Part shown: piece by piece, positions 63,312 to 64,000 of the stretch | How positions within the stretch are numbered: the first letter of the stretch is position 1 | Layout of the letters: the number at the start of each line of letters is the position of its first letter | NCBI GenBank assembly: GCA_965116025.1 | Contig: OZ220480.1 | Span: 160,001 to 224,000, forward strand | Source of the DNA: an uncultured candidatus Porisulfidus sp. | Lineage (GTDB): Bacteria > Pseudomonadota > Gammaproteobacteria > Poriferisulfidales > Poriferisulfidaceae | Direction: 5' to 3' | DNA length: 64,000 nt | Program-made: the position numbers and the translations under genes | Notes under the pieces: model-generated | Seen by the model: only the letters and a program-made list of their open reading frames with translations | Database searches by the model: none | Told to the model about the DNA's origin: nothing

Positions 63312-64000
63312 CTAGTGTCCCAACGTTTCAGTTCGATTGGTCTGCAATAGATTGTTTATAATGAGTTTTTTCGCGATTTCCAGCGTTGTCGATTTCAATC
63401 TTTGGCCGGAGCCCGTGGCGGACCCTGCCCGGCGCGAGCTGTCGCGAGGGGGGTCAAGCCAATGCATTCCGGAAAACTCGTGTTCGCTCAAGTGATGGAT
63501 CATCTTCCCTGGCCCAGTTTCCAGCGGCGCGTCGAGCGCCACGGCGGACATCACAAGGTCAAGTCCTTCAGTTGCGGCGATCAGTATCGCTGCATGGCTT
63601 TCGCGCAACTGACCTATCGGTCCTCCCTGCGCGACGTCGAGGCCTGCCTGCGCGCGCAGTCGAGCAAGCTGTACCACATGGGCATCCGCGGGGGCGTGGC
63701 GAGGAACACGCTGGCGAACGCCAACGCGACCCGGGACTGGAGGATCCATGCCGATTTCGCGCGCGACCTGATTGACGAGGCGCGGCGTCTTCTTGGCGAG
63801 GAGAGCCACGGACTGGATCTGGACCGCACCGTCTACGCGTTGGACTCGTCCACCATCGACCTGTGCCTGTCGCTGTTTCCGTGGGCGCCGTTTCGCGCGA
63901 CCAAGGCGGCCGTCAAGATGCATACGCTGCTCGACCTGCGCGGAAACATCCCGACTTTTCTGCATGTTACGGACGGAAAGGTTCACGACGTGAACATTCT
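63312..64000 (+). mobile_element. IS4-family insertion sequence, left part
   Basis: End-like CTAGTGTCCCAA at 63312, followed by a transposase gene. Confidence 0.8.
63462..64000 (+). CDS. IS4-family transposase (DUF4372 + DDE), truncated by the window edge
   Basis: Manual translation MHSGKLVFAQVMDHLP...MAFAQLTYRSSLRDVEACL...YALDSSTIDLCLSLFPWA...KAAVKMHTLLDL. Confidence 0.93.
   Translation, partial: MHSGKLVFAQVMDHLPWPSFQRRVERHGGHHKVKSFSCGDQYRCMAFAQLTYRSSLRDVEACLRAQSSKLYHMGIRGGVARNTLANANATRDWRIHADFARDLIDEARRLLGEESHGLDLDRTVYALDSSTIDLCLSLFPWAPFRATKAAVKMHTLLDLRGNIPTFLHVTDGKVHDVNI

Overview
GC-rich gammaproteobacterial chromosome segment, mostly housekeeping: alaS-recX-recA-cinA, mutS, purMN/hda, tldD-pmbA, petABC-sspAB, murA-hisG-aroG-hisD, carAB-greA and rimP-nusA-infB-rbfA-truB. 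The outstanding feature is a family of four porin-like outer-membrane genes in two tail-to-tail pairs (35.1-39.3 kb and 58.8-63.2 kb). Each has near-identical barrel-coding arms around a swappable, lower-GC insert of about 180-220 aa, and its own terminator. Homology between all four begins abruptly at one AT-rich motif, (C)CATTTCTAAT(G/C)CCATTG, inside the signal-peptide coding region, and convincing starts are missing. The arms are alike within a pair, but the inserts are shared between pairs. One copy is frameshifted next to G6/A6 tracts. This looks like a shufflon-like or gene-conversion surface-variation system. No recombinase or clear expression site lies in the window, and assembly artefacts cannot be excluded without reads. 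Other accessory elements are an ABC-type ATPase + DUF4276-like pair, a NERD-helicase, an IS4-family element and a decayed IS1634 end. All calls come from reading the sequence and recognising motifs; no database searches were run.
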